Positions 24,663 to 36,194 of a DNA stretch of 64,000 nt are shown piece by piece; within the stretch, counting starts at the first letter, position 1; each line of letters begins with the position of its first letter. The stretch spans positions 519,438 through 583,437 of the forward strand of contig NW_003314347.1 of NCBI RefSeq assembly GCF_000143415.4, written 5' to 3'. The notes beneath the pieces were generated by a model. That model made no database searches. It was not told the origin of the DNA and saw only the letters and a list, made by a program, of their open reading frames with translations. The position numbers were made by a program, and so were the translations under genes. The stretch comes from Selaginella moellendorffii (lineage: Eukaryota; Plantae; Lycopodiophyta).

Positions 24663-27600
24663 CAAGCCTCAAATTTGCAGGGCAATTAAGTTTAGCATTT
24701 TGCAGGGATTTTAAATAAATAAGGCTACATATAAAAATATAATATGTACTTCTAATGTTGAAATTGTTTAATTTTCTTATATTAACACTTGATCATGATC
24801 CTACACATTTATAAAACTAAGTCAACCCACATTTGATATACCATCACTTGGTGTTGGGTTTCATATATTATAGTGATATTTAAATATGCCATCTAATATA
24901 TTCTAGTTTAATATTCAAATTTATAAAACAGAATAAGTTTAGGTAAAGTTGATTAATTTATTAGTAAAGCATTAAAAATAAAGCTGTTCACTTAAAAATA
25001 AATATTCACTCAACCTGACGACCAACATGAAACCAGAATTCAAATCTTTGGCAGTTTTGGATGTTGATCTAGTGATGCCACCAAAGATATACATCATTTA
25101 TCATGGGTACAACTTGTCATTGGTTAAATTAGCAAGAACACTATGCATTGCCATCTGGATAATATAAAATCTTTTGATACCACACTTCCTAACAAGAGAT
25201 AGAACCTACTGTCAAAGTTTGGTCAGCACTCAACACCAAATGTCCCAATCTTTGCACCTATGAATTGTAAAGAAAGTAAAAAACTTACCATTTTGGTGGC
25301 CATGTGAATCTGCCACAATGAGAAGAATGTAAGCTGCTTCTCTGATGCCAATGGTTGAGAAACTACATGCCAAGCAATTCTTCAATATGGTGCCCAACAT
25401 AATCCTCCCAATAGAAAGATCACAAAGAATGTCACCATCCAAGCATAAATTTAAGCTAAGGATCAATTGCCACAGCTACTGCTGCAAGCTTGTGGTTTAG
25501 ACATGTTGCTAGAGGCATCAGACCACCATACTGTCGAAGCAACTTTGCCTTGAATCCAAAGAAACAAAACAAAACAAAATAAAAATGAAGAAGAGAGAAA
25601 AAAAGTATCTGCAATCTTAGTGACTCTCCTAAAATCTTTCCATCGCTAGTGACTTGATAAGAAGTTTGAGAAAATGCAATCTCACTATAAGAAAATCAAC
25701 TTACAACAGCAGCTCCAGTGGCATCATAGCTCATCTCAATTCCCAAAATAGGTAGCAAACCAGTAGCTATAGTGAGAAAAAAAGGGTGTCATGTAGGAAT
25801 TTGCACATTTGGGATGAAATTGTGAGGTGCCATTGCCAGGGATTGGCAAGAGCACATGCCAAAGTTCACAAGACCTTAAATTGAGGGAAAGAAATTCACA
25901 TATTAAGCTTGAATCACAACTTAAAGGCACCAATAGTCAGGTTTGCTATCACAGTAAACACTCTCCACTAAACTTTAGAACTTACCTTCTCAATTTCAAA
26001 GGGTCTCCATTACAAAAGGTTGAATGTTAATACCGGTTAACACTTTACATGTGATATGTTGCCTAGCAGATGCTAAGTGAGTATAAAAATCAATAATTTT
26101 ATACTGTTTTTTCCTTCTGATATCTCTATATACACACACAATACTATATAACATAGACCATATATTTAGAATATTAATATATCCCTAAAGTGAGAAAAGA
26201 AAAATTAGTAAGTAAATATTAGTAATAAATATAATATATGCAAAGTACTACTTGGGAATATGAATATATTTAGAATATTAAAATTTTATGAAACTTAATA
26301 CAAGGAAATGACCAACAAAGTTAGCCGCCCTTGCTACTCTGTGAGTCACCCAGCTTACAAAAGTGTAAAAACAAAAATTGTTAAGAATAACTCTTTTATA
26401 GTTATTAGATTATAAATATATTTAGTCAAAAAAATTTAATGAAGAATTACTAAAAAATATTTTTCTTAATTAGATGTTACATGTAAAGTATGTTTTTACT
26501 TGGAGTCAAACAAATTTAGAATCCTGAAATGGTAAAAAACTAATATATTAATACCCAGACTAAAATAAAAGTAAAGAAGAATTACTAAGATTAACTATTA
26601 TTAATTTAGGGAAGCATTATTTAATTATTATGTGCTTACTTGGAATATGAATAAATATATAACTAAAACTTTAAGAACATTAATATATTACTCAGATCCT
26701 ATAGAGGATTGCTCAATTAAAAAAAAACAGCACTATTGAAAAATTAAAGTCTAACCTAGAAATAAAAAATTATATATACCCTTAAACTCAAAAATATTAA
26801 GAACACTAATACTACTATGCAGACCCAAGTAAAATTAAGAAAAGAATTACAAAAAATAAATAATATACATATTAAACACAAACTATAAATTCAAAACCTA
26901 ATAAACTATATTTGTTCTTAGTCAAAAGATTTATAAATGTGTTTAATGGTAACCGTCAACCTCATGTTTGAAATGTAAGTTTCATGCCCATATATAATTG
27001 CTGTAATTGCCCAATCAATATATCATCAATACATGATTACAAAGAAGAAAAATGTATGAGAGGCTAAATGGCATCTTCCAGTTCCTCTCCAGTGCTCACC
27101 TCTGTCGTCACTAGTGGAGGCGCTGGGGGCTCGCATCCTATGGTGGATCTAGAGCCCGCAGCTCCAGATCTGCTGCTGGCGCCTGTTCTTGCGGGGATTG
27201 GGAGCCTCAGCTTCATTGGCCATTTACTCGCTCTCCTTTAGGGCTATGCCCTTTCCCTAAAGCAGCAGTAGAGATCTTCCATGCCAGGAGCAACAGTGGC
27301 GAGATTGTAGAAAGGCATCCCATTAAGCTCCGGATCTACTGCTGGCACTTGTTCCCATGGAGATTGCTGTGGCGATTGACGGAGATCTTTGGGTGGGAGA
27401 TCTCTACTTGGGAGATCTGGGAGCTGCAGCTTCACTAACCATTTACTTGAGCGCATTGCTCTCTAATTTCAGGAAAGACACAATCTAGTCAACACTTTGC
27501 ATGTGCCACATGTCACAATGCTTTCTTCTCTTGCCCCACACAGCTTGGCCGCCTCCCATTGGCCAAGAGCAAACATCAGCACGATTATTCGCTAAGACAT

Positions 27601-29675
27601 GGTTAAAGAAATAACCCCTTTACAGTTACCCCCCATCGGACGGCTGCAATTGGCTGAATCCGGCGGCCCAGAAAGTTTGGCACTCCCACTTTATTATGAT
27701 AGATTCTTTGGGCTGAACAATTTTGTAGCATTGAACATGCCTATATCCTTTTTCATTTATGCCAGCATATCAATGTATAGTTTCTAAACACACTCTTTGT
27801 TTAAATCTAAGCAAGAGCTCATGTTCCCATCTCTTTTGCTCTCTGGAATAGGAGTATAATCTAAGGAATGCTTATGTTATTCCCCTTTAGTATCTATAAA
27901 CTTGATAAATTCATCTTTAGTAGCCTCCACAAAATTAAGTGTTTCCCACCAAAAGTCTCTTTTAGAAATTTTCTTCTGATACTTTTCAAAGTACCATTTA
28001 AATACCTAGCAATGCTAGCAATATCCACAATTTCAGCTTTGAAAGATTTTGTTCAGACTATTCAATTTTAGAAGTATATCAGATAGCATATGAATAGCAA
28101 ATTGCATTGTGTAATTTGTCAAAAATTGATATATCTTCATAGAAGAGAATTAAAATTCTATAAGAAGACTTGGTATTATGATGTTGATTCTCTTTAAGAC
28201 TTCCTCATGAGATAACTAATGTACACCGTGAATTTGAAGCATACCAAATGCAAATATATTCATAGCATCTTCTAGAGGCTTAAAAGCTATAACTCTTTTT
28301 CTAGAAGTATGCAACTATTTATAAATTTGATTGCACAACTTTTGAACAACCACAAACTTAAGAAATGTATGCACAATTTCAATAGCCACTAAACTTTATC
28401 TATGCGCTAAGTAATGCACTCTAAGCAAGTGTGGAATGTTATATTTCAATCTTGTCACTAGGCTAAATTGTTCTCTAACTATAATAAAAGCTCAATCAGT
28501 TCCAATAGAAACACATTTTCCCTTTTTAAGGTTCATTTCTTCCAAAACCTTTTGATGGCCTCATATTTACTTACAGCCTTTAGTTACCATCAATTTCAAA
28601 AAACAAGTTTTATTCAGACTTTTTTCTTCTTCTTGCATATGGAAAGAGATGTATATGATAAGATGAGCTTTCAAACTTCTATCAATATTGTTATCCACTA
28701 TAATAGAAAATTAAGGACTAGCTTGAATATCTTGGCAAACATCTTTCCATCACATATCTTTTATGCATTTTAAAAACTTTTTCTCACTCATAGCATTTAC
28801 ACAAGTCCTATACTCTATGGTGATTAGCATATAGGGCATTCCCATAAACCTGCTAAATTCACACAAAGATTTATAACTTTGTAAAGGTAATCCCTTATTC
28901 ACAATGAAGTACATATGTTGCATTAAGGAAATCAATTTGTTCTTGTATTGATTTTCTTGAGCAGTAACATATTTAGGGATAGATAACCCTTTCTTTTTCT
29001 TTGTTTCCCAAATAACCATAACTAGTTAATGTTGTTTAGAATTGTTATGCTCTTTTAAAATTGGTTTTTGAAGAGTCAAAGAACCATCTGTACTAAAAGG
29101 ATTATCTTTTTAGCATATACATATGCCGTACATTTTATTCTTTGCTTGCCTTCAACATCCACTATAAAATACACCCAAGGAAAATTGAATTTCCACTCAA
29201 TTTTGAATGTTCTATTCTTTTTCCTTTTTTGATTAGTTGAAGTATTAGTTTTTTCTTTTGTTGTTGAAAGATCTTCATCCTCTAATCTAATTTTAAGTCT
29301 TTTACCAAAAAGGGAATCATGAAGCTCTTGCCTTGCAATATTTTGCTGATTTATCTTTCTTTTCTCCCTCCCATACACAATAGCAAAGAATGCTTCAATC
29401 CCATGTTATTGCTGTCAACTTCATTGAATTCAGGTGGTTAGACACCAGGATATTCTTACAATATTCTAATAATATTCAATAGAATATTATCTGTACTGCA
29501 ATGTGTGAATTTTCTTTGCCCTGCAAGCAGCAACACTAAAATATTTCTATACTTCATTAGTGCAAAGTGAAAATTGAACAATTCTTTCAAGTAGTAAGGC
29601 AAATTAGAAATTAGTCTTCAAATGCAAGGTAAACATGCCTTTGCAAGGCTTTGCAAGGTGCAAATTTGAGACCTG
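24663..29675 (-). mobile_element. hAT transposon relic, long type (second copy)
   Basis: Same TIRs and flanks as 7353-12362. N-terminal TTF-zinc-finger-like RTFKIEWKFNFPWVYF...IKC at 29076-29378. Confidence 0.8.
24686..27703 (-). mobile_element. Putative Helitron-like nested insert (second copy)
   Basis: Near-identical to 7376-10390. Confidence 0.4.
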
Positions 29676-30112
29676 CATTGTCATCCCTAAATGTGATTTG
29701 GGTGCCACAGTTCTAAAGAGACTGCTGCTATCGGAGAGCTTACAGGGATGTTGAGATATTGCTGTAAGTTCCTTCATGCACTTCATAGTGATAGTAAATG
29801 CCTTGTGATGGCATCTTAAACTCGTACCGTGGCATCTGCATTGCCAGTTCAAAGATTAAATAGCCCACAACCAAGAACAAAGTGAAGAAAATGAGAAAAC
29901 TCTAAGAATGTTGCTGTCCCCTTAAGTTTCTCTGGCCATAAATTCGCTGCTACAATAGCTTATATCCTTTCTACGCTTTAAGTTTCAGTGCCCGTAGCGG
30001 ATAGATGTCGTTTGGACACTGTTGACCACAATTGACTATCGTTGACCAATGGACCGTTGAATGGTTTGTCTTTGCTGACTATGCTGGATATTGCCAGGGC
30101 TAGGGTTCTTCG

Positions 30113-30739
30113 ATGGGGCTCAAGCTGCGAGCAGTGCCGATCACGGAGGATAATTTCCGGCCTTTTGGCCAGCTCCTGGGAAAGATCGGCGACGGATGCG
30201 AGTATGGATCGGGAGACGCGCAGCTCAATCTCGCGAATGGGATTCCCAGGTAGTGCAGGCAAAATGTGGCCGAAATTTCCAGTGCCTGGATAGTGATTGA
30301 GTGAGTGATGGTTCCTTTGCGCAGATTCTATCTCATGGAGCTCAGGAAAACGGGGCTGCGATTCAAAAGGATAACGCATCACGCCAGGGTCACGCAGTGT
30401 CTGGGATCAGTGGGAGCTCATCCTTGGTACATGGCGGTCTCTCTTCCCAGCATTGTGGATCCTTCATCGCAACACGAGGGCGCTGTTCGATCCAACGCTG
30501 GTGGCCACTCCTATTTACCTCCCTCTCATGCAAGCTAAACGAAGGAACTTGGCACGCTGGTCCTCTCTTTGGCGATCGAGATTCGATGGTCTTCTACAAC
30601 TTGGAGCTCAGTGACACCAACGTAAGATCATTCGATCGAGCTTGTAGTTACCATGACTTATGTTTTCTCCTTTTTCTTGTTGCAGGTTGTGGATCACACT
30701 ACCCACGTGTTTGAGGACGACGTACTGATCGAAGATTGA
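30113..30739 (+). pseudogene. Ureidoglycolate hydrolase-like copy 4, with a 40-bp frameshifting deletion
   Basis: Exon 1 is intact. 40 bp is lost between two CAAGC pentamers at ~30531, giving an immediate stop. Confidence 0.8.
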
Positions 30740-30944
30740 GGTACAGAGCCTTGGCATTTCATGTGATATTCGAGCGTGATTTTTGTGCTAGGTGATGGCG
30801 AGCTGAAACACTTTTTTTGCGTGTCTAGAAAAGCAAATGGTGGAAATGAAACAAGTTCTTTGCGAGCTAAGAATTTCATGTCCCTTGCCATCAAGTTGTC
30901 GAGGAGCTCCTTTTGTGCCTCGGGACACTGACTAGTAGTTGAAG

Positions 30945-31265
30945 GATGTACAAAATGAGGCTGATGATCCTGATCGGAAGAAAATTTACGAACGGGATGA
31001 CTCCCACAGACCATGGCGTCAACTCCCTGGTATAAATCTTTCTTAATTGAACTGTAACACTGTTAGAATTCTGTGCAGGGTGCTGATTATAGTCGACAGC
31101 CGCCTGCTTTCTGTCGAACACGAGCGAGCGGATGTTGAGAGTATTCATGTAATTTGCCTCCTGCCAGTCCAGCTCGCTACTTCCGCCAAGAACTCGGGTT
31201 CCCTCAGTCAACAGCAAGATGGAAATGTTCCAGAAGTCTTTCTTCTTGATGTCGGTCACAAACTC
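30945..31265 (-). pseudogene. TM-ARM N-terminal fragment (unit 4)
   Basis: ORF 30891-31259, same motifs as the other fragments. Confidence 0.75.
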
Positions 31266-31699
31266 GAGCGGTGGATGATATCCTTTGAAAGGTTTTGCTG
31301 CTCCTGAAACTTCTTGTATTTCACCTCTTCGTCGTTCTGATTCTAATAATGTAACTTTTGTGACAGCGGAAAAGTACGAACTCTATGCTTGGAAAGTTTC
31401 GAAACAGCGTAGTGGTGACCACAATTTCAGAAAGGAGATCTTCTATGAAGTAAAGGAAGCTTTATTTTTCATGTTGATTAATGTTTTCTTTCCTATTTAG
31501 AGTTCTGTTAGTGAATTACAATTGCGTAAGCGAAGTTGCTGCGAGTTCGGATCTCCTATGAAGTAAGCTTCTTCTTCTTTGGATGTTGATTGATTTTTTT
31601 CTTTCTTTTTTAGAGTTTACGTGAGCAAGTTGCTGAAACTGAATTTGTATTTTTACAATCGAGGTATGATTTTTGGTTTTTTTTTTGGAAAAGGTGAAG

Positions 31700-34165
31700 C
31701 TACAGCCTATGTAAGTTCAATAGGGCGCTGTTGACGAGCTCCTCGAGGCTTCTGGAATGCTTGGTAAGTCCCACAAAACCCGAAAACGTTAAGAAGTTTT
31801 CTTCGTCTGAGGCAGTCGCTGACATTGCTTCCAGGGACGCCTCCACTTCACCGTCTTCTCTAAAACGTCGCAAGAACCTGGCGTCCTTTGCCATCAAGCT
31901 GTTCAGAAGCTCTACGCTATATCGCCGGATACGATTCAAGCTCCTAGAAGGTGCTGTCTGGGATAGAAGCTCTGTGATTTTTTCGCAAAGCCGTGATTGT
32001 TGCGATAGCACGCCTTGTTCAAAGTTACGTGTGTCGAGCCAGGGGATTATGGCTGCTGCCAAACCGATGGCTGCCTGCTGTTCCTTGTCCGTGGATTCCA
32101 GCACCATCTGGATGATGGGAGATATGGCTGCTCCAAGCTCCAACTTTTCTTCGTCGTTAAGGTCACCGCACAAGCTTCGCAATATTGTGGCTGCATGGAC
32201 TCCAATTGGCTTGGTGAGCATGTTGATCAAGCTCTTGAGGGTCTTGCTAAGGCCACCTTGTCCGTAGCTTTTGCGCCTGAGGAGCCTCGAGCAATTGCTG
32301 GGACACTGGAGGACGAGCAAAAATATGGCTTCCCCGGCTCTCATGGAGATGCTCAACTCGTGGCTGTTCGGTGCGGTTTCTCTCCCAAATATGGCCATCA
32401 AGCTTTGGATAACTCCTCCAGTCGCACCAATGCAATCTCTAAGCTCGTCCTCGGTTGCTAGCAGCTTGATCACGTCCACTGCCAGGTCTTGTAGCGCCAA
32501 ATCTTCGAGACTGCATATCCTTTGAAGACTTCTTACTGCTGACACTACCGACACTATCTTCTTTCGCAGAGACCGTCCAGAATCTCCTCCCGCGCCAGCC
32601 AATGTCCTCAAAAGCTCGAGTGATCGACGGAATACTTTTCTCGACGTTCGTACTTCGAGGAAGTTCCAGTCTTCGTCTTGGATAAACTCAACCAGGATGG
32701 AGATAAGTCCGCTGGTGTTACCGATTCGCACGCATGTCCTGTGGTCCACGGCTAGCCTGTTGAGGATAGCGAGTCCGTACCTCTGTTCTTCTAGCACTAT
32801 CTTCTCTCCTGCGGTTAAAAGAGAAATGATGGCTTCCAGGGATCCAGGGATAGCGGAAATCCTGAAGCAGTTACTCCGGTGACGAAGCAGGTACTTGATT
32901 ACTATCGTTGCAGCTTTCCTGATTTCGGCCTCACTAAGATCCTTCCAGGTGATCATCTCTAAGAGTCTCTCCACAACTCCGGGTGTGGTACCAATCCTCC
33001 GTCGCGTTTCTTCCCTTGAAACTCCTTTTGAGACGAGAGCTGACAGTATGTTGACGCTTCCGAGCTGCTCTTCCCTTATGCTTGACTGCAGCTTCTCGAC
33101 GGTGAAATCGATAAGGTCCATTCCCAGGCCATCAAACACGCTTCCGTTCAGCGATCGTGAGTACAATGTGTACCAGTACTGCTTCATGGTTTCAATGTCG
33201 TCTTGATCAAGCTCACACTTTCGAGTGACTACTTCCAGCAACCTCTGGTAACGAAGCTTGAATTCCCAATATGCCCTCTCCAGGAGGAATAGCGACGCTT
33301 CTGCCAGCATCATCGCGTAAAACACCGTAAGTGCTTGCTCAGTGTTTTGTCCTTGGGCATTGAAGCCGTGCTCGGCAAGTCGATATACTGAGAAACATAC
33401 GGTGACTGTTGCAGAAGCAAGCTGGAGGAAGTACATAAAAAGGCTGATGATCCTGGTGGGGAGGAACTTTACATACGGCAGGAGCGGGACGCTTCCCACG
33501 GACCAAGTTCTTCGGGCACCGAATCCCTGGTATAAATCGTTCTTTACTGGTTTTTTGGAAAGTCGATCTCTGCTAACGTTTTGTTCAGGGTGGTTATGGT
33601 CGAAGGCTGCAGAGAACGTCTGCCTTAATCTGGCGCTCTTGTCGAACACGAACGAGCTGAAGCCGAGAATTCCCAAGCTGTAATTTGCCTGCTGCCATTC
33701 CAACTCGCTACTTCGACTGAAAACCCGCGTTCCTTCAGTCAGCAGCAAGGCCGATATCGTCCAAAAGTCTTTGGCCTGAATGTTGCTCACGAATCCACCG
33801 AGGAGAACAACAGTTGCCCAGACGAAGGCCAGTTTCCCGAGGCCAGTGGCGAACTTTTCAAGAACTGCGAGCCTGAAAGCTATCAGAGTGAGACGCTGCT
33901 CTGGTGATCGGGAATTATTCCTTTTCACTGGAGCTGAAGGCTCGGGAGTGGAAGGCTGCTGCTCGACTTCCGGATGCGGAGAAAAAACCGACCACAACTC
34001 ACTGGTATTGGGGGTTCTAGTGCTTGCAGGTGGAGAAGTTGGAGAAGCGAGAGCAGAGCCGGAAGAAGGAACTTGAATGCTTACCTCGTCCGCAAAGTGA
34101 ACAGTACTCTTGGGTGCACCGGCAGACTGTACCCTTTGAAGCTTTCTGCTGTTCCTCGAATCCAT
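31700..34165 (-). CDS. Transmembrane + ARM-repeat protein, copy 4, intact, 821 aa
   Basis: Uninterrupted ATG-to-stop ORF and paralog of 3799-6291, with clustered substitutions in the central ARM region. Confidence 0.9.
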   Translation of the reverse strand: MDSRNSRKLQRVQSAGAPKSTVHFADEVSIQVPSSGSALASPTSPPASTRTPNTSELWSVFSPHPEVEQQPSTPEPSAPVKRNNSRSPEQRLTLIAFRLAVLEKFATGLGKLAFVWATVVLLGGFVSNIQAKDFWTISALLLTEGTRVFSRSSELEWQQANYSLGILGFSSFVFDKSARLRQTFSAAFDHNHPEQNVSRDRLSKKPVKNDLYQGFGARRTWSVGSVPLLPYVKFLPTRIISLFMYFLQLASATVTVCFSVYRLAEHGFNAQGQNTEQALTVFYAMMLAEASLFLLERAYWEFKLRYQRLLEVVTRKCELDQDDIETMKQYWYTLYSRSLNGSVFDGLGMDLIDFTVEKLQSSIREEQLGSVNILSALVSKGVSREETRRRIGTTPGVVERLLEMITWKDLSEAEIRKAATIVIKYLLRHRSNCFRISAIPGSLEAIISLLTAGEKIVLEEQRYGLAILNRLAVDHRTCVRIGNTSGLISILVEFIQDEDWNFLEVRTSRKVFRRSLELLRTLAGAGGDSGRSLRKKIVSVVSAVRSLQRICSLEDLALQDLAVDVIKLLATEDELRDCIGATGGVIQSLMAIFGRETAPNSHELSISMRAGEAIFLLVLQCPSNCSRLLRRKSYGQGGLSKTLKSLINMLTKPIGVHAATILRSLCGDLNDEEKLELGAAISPIIQMVLESTDKEQQAAIGLAAAIIPWLDTRNFEQGVLSQQSRLCEKITELLSQTAPSRSLNRIRRYSVELLNSLMAKDARFLRRFREDGEVEASLEAMSATASDEENFLTFSGFVGLTKHSRSLEELVNSALLNLHRL

Positions 34166-34360
34166 GTTTAGTGTTCAAGGAGTTCTGGGGATTTGAGGAG
34201 GAGGCTCTTGCGTGGGTCCAGCTAAGCCCACGCGTGTGGTGAGCGTGAGCTGCTATTGACGACTTCAAAATGTCTTTCTCATGTTGGTGGCAGTGATCAA
34301 GTAAGCCACTACTTTCGTTCTTGTGCTCTTGTGGTTAACTTTCTTTCTCGCAGTAAAAAG

Positions 34361-35416
34361 CTATGGTCGTCGCCACAGCAAACGCATTGGTGCCGCTTCT
34401 TGGTACAGAGACAAATGCCCGTCGTCCTCGACCACCAAACGAGTTGAGAAGATACAATTCGGCTGCGGCTGGCAGTAGACGTTCGTCGCCCAGAAGCCTT
34501 TTCCATCACGTCCCAAGAACACCAAGTTCCCATCCCTTTGGAGAGTGAGGGTGCATCCACTGCCTCCACCTTGTCCTGAGGTATCACTCGACCACAGTCT
34601 CCTTATCCCCCTCGCATACAGCACTAAGTTACAGGTTTCCTCCACAACCAGTTCAATGATGCCATTGAGTGACACAAGACGCTGTCCGGCGTAGAGCTCC
34701 GATCCTTCGTCTCCGCGTCCTCCACTTTCCATGCACGAGACAAAGAGGTCGCAGTCTTCGTCCATCAGGAGGTGAGTTGTGTTCTTTCCCTCTTCCAGGT
34801 CGTGATCGGGAGAGCTAACGTAAGCCTTGTAGGTGGTGCCAAGACGAACACTTTTCTCGCTAGAACTCCTCCCGGGAAAGCCGTGACGACGATACAGGTC
34901 CAGGTCAGTGGTGTTGCTGAATTCATAGCCATTACTAAAACTCCACCCGTCGTATTGAATGACAGCGTAGTCGATTCCTATGATGCCCATGGTCGCGAAA
35001 ATGTGGCCGTAGAGGCCTCGGCGTGTCTCGTCCGCGATGCAATCTGCCAGGAACTCGAAGGCTCGTCGCAAAACGGCGCCGGGCATGTAAAGCGGGCAGG
35101 GGCTGCCAGTGCATTTGCCACTCGAGTCGCGGCCGTAAAGCGAGAGCCTCGAGAAGGCGTGTAAGTTTGGCCCCGAGGCGAGAGTGAAGAAAGTGTCCCA
35201 GCTCTGGGGCTGGTACGAGACTCGCGGCTGGATTCTCTGGGCGATGTGGAGGCGGATCTTGTAAGCGATGATGTCGGCATCCAGAGGATAGATCTGGTAT
35301 GGATCTCTGCGCCGAAATTTGATGGAGTTGCAAGGGGAGATCAAGAGGCTTGTCCAAGAAACAAGGAGGAGTTGTAGCAGCATTGCTTGAGCGAGCAACC
35401 TGTAACTAATAACCAT
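34361..35416 (-). CDS. Secreted protein: signal peptide + unrecognised ~200-aa domain + C-terminal bulb-type (GNA/B-) lectin domain, 351 aa
   Basis: First ATG at 35416 gives MVISYRLLAQAMLLQLLLVSWTSLLISPCNS. The C-terminus reads LYAGQRLVS...CNLVLY...LWSSDT...CTLTLQRDGNLVF...FWATN...LVVEDDGHLSLY. Intronless. Confidence 0.8.
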   Translation of the reverse strand: MVISYRLLAQAMLLQLLLVSWTSLLISPCNSIKFRRRDPYQIYPLDADIIAYKIRLHIAQRIQPRVSYQPQSWDTFFTLASGPNLHAFSRLSLYGRDSSGKCTGSPCPLYMPGAVLRRAFEFLADCIADETRRGLYGHIFATMGIIGIDYAVIQYDGWSFSNGYEFSNTTDLDLYRRHGFPGRSSSEKSVRLGTTYKAYVSSPDHDLEEGKNTTHLLMDEDCDLFVSCMESGGRGDEGSELYAGQRLVSLNGIIELVVEETCNLVLYARGIRRLWSSDTSGQGGGSGCTLTLQRDGNLVFLGRDGKGFWATNVYCQPQPNCIFSTRLVVEDDGHLSLYQEAAPMRLLWRRP

Positions 35417-36194
35417 GGCTTCCTTCTTTTGTTGTTCTTGCTTGGTTTTCCTCGTTACACGAACAAACAAATGCCATTGTCAAACGCTTTCTTGACTTTT
35501 ATTGACTATGTCAACAAAAAGTCAACAGAAATGGTTCTGGACTTGTTGTCTGGTGTTCTACCGTACACAAGAAATGCGACCAAAAGCACAAGCGAAGAAA
35601 CCGCTTTCAAGCATTTATAAGGGAAGCTGGTGGAGCAGCTTGAAAAGCTACAAAGCTCTTATAGCTAGTGTCCAAGAGGCTCTTGGTCATAATCTGCAAC
35701 ACTTGGCCATCTTGCATGCCAACACATACATGGTGGGTTCCAGCCCAAGGGCTCACAACTTCTTCCATTACATAAGGAGCTTCAACACCTTTTTGATTTT
35801 TGGACACTTCAATACAAGAATGTGGTCATTAATGCCTTGGCTCTTGCTGCTTGGACTTTAAGGTTTTGTTTGCTTTTTTTTTTTTGCAATCAGGATGGGC
35901 AAGGCACCTCATTACTACCTTCTGCCTATTGATTATTAGACTCGGAGAGATTATTTTGCACGCTTCATGGTCGAGGATTTCCTTGCAGTTGTCTTGGTAT
36001 GTTTCTCTCTTATTTTTAACTTTTGCATGAAGTGCTATGCTCTACGGTAGCAGTCAGAGGAGCATCCTAATCCTCCTCACATTTTTGCCGCTTGGGACAG
36101 AGTGTTTGATTGTCTCAAAGTTACTTATTGCACTGCTGAGCTATTTCCGCCAGCGGTTTAGGGTTTGCCAAGTCAACTACTTACATCTCACCCT

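Larger units (their letters stand above)
1..34305. repeat. Four-unit tandem segmental array (U1 <1-6428, U2 6429-~15713, U3 ~15714-23401, U4 23402-~34305) forming a ~17.2 kb higher-order duplication
   Basis: Near-identical ORFs recur at offset 17153 (440/17593, 2182/19335) and ~17310 (7038/24348, 9931/27244). U1~U3 and U2~U4 are closer than U1~U2. Homology to the other units ends near caagtaagc at ~34305. Confidence 0.95.

Noticed and set aside
35500-35900. Small gene from ORF 35502-35861 or 35607-35807
   Set aside because: No recognisable motif and no convincing start or splice structure.
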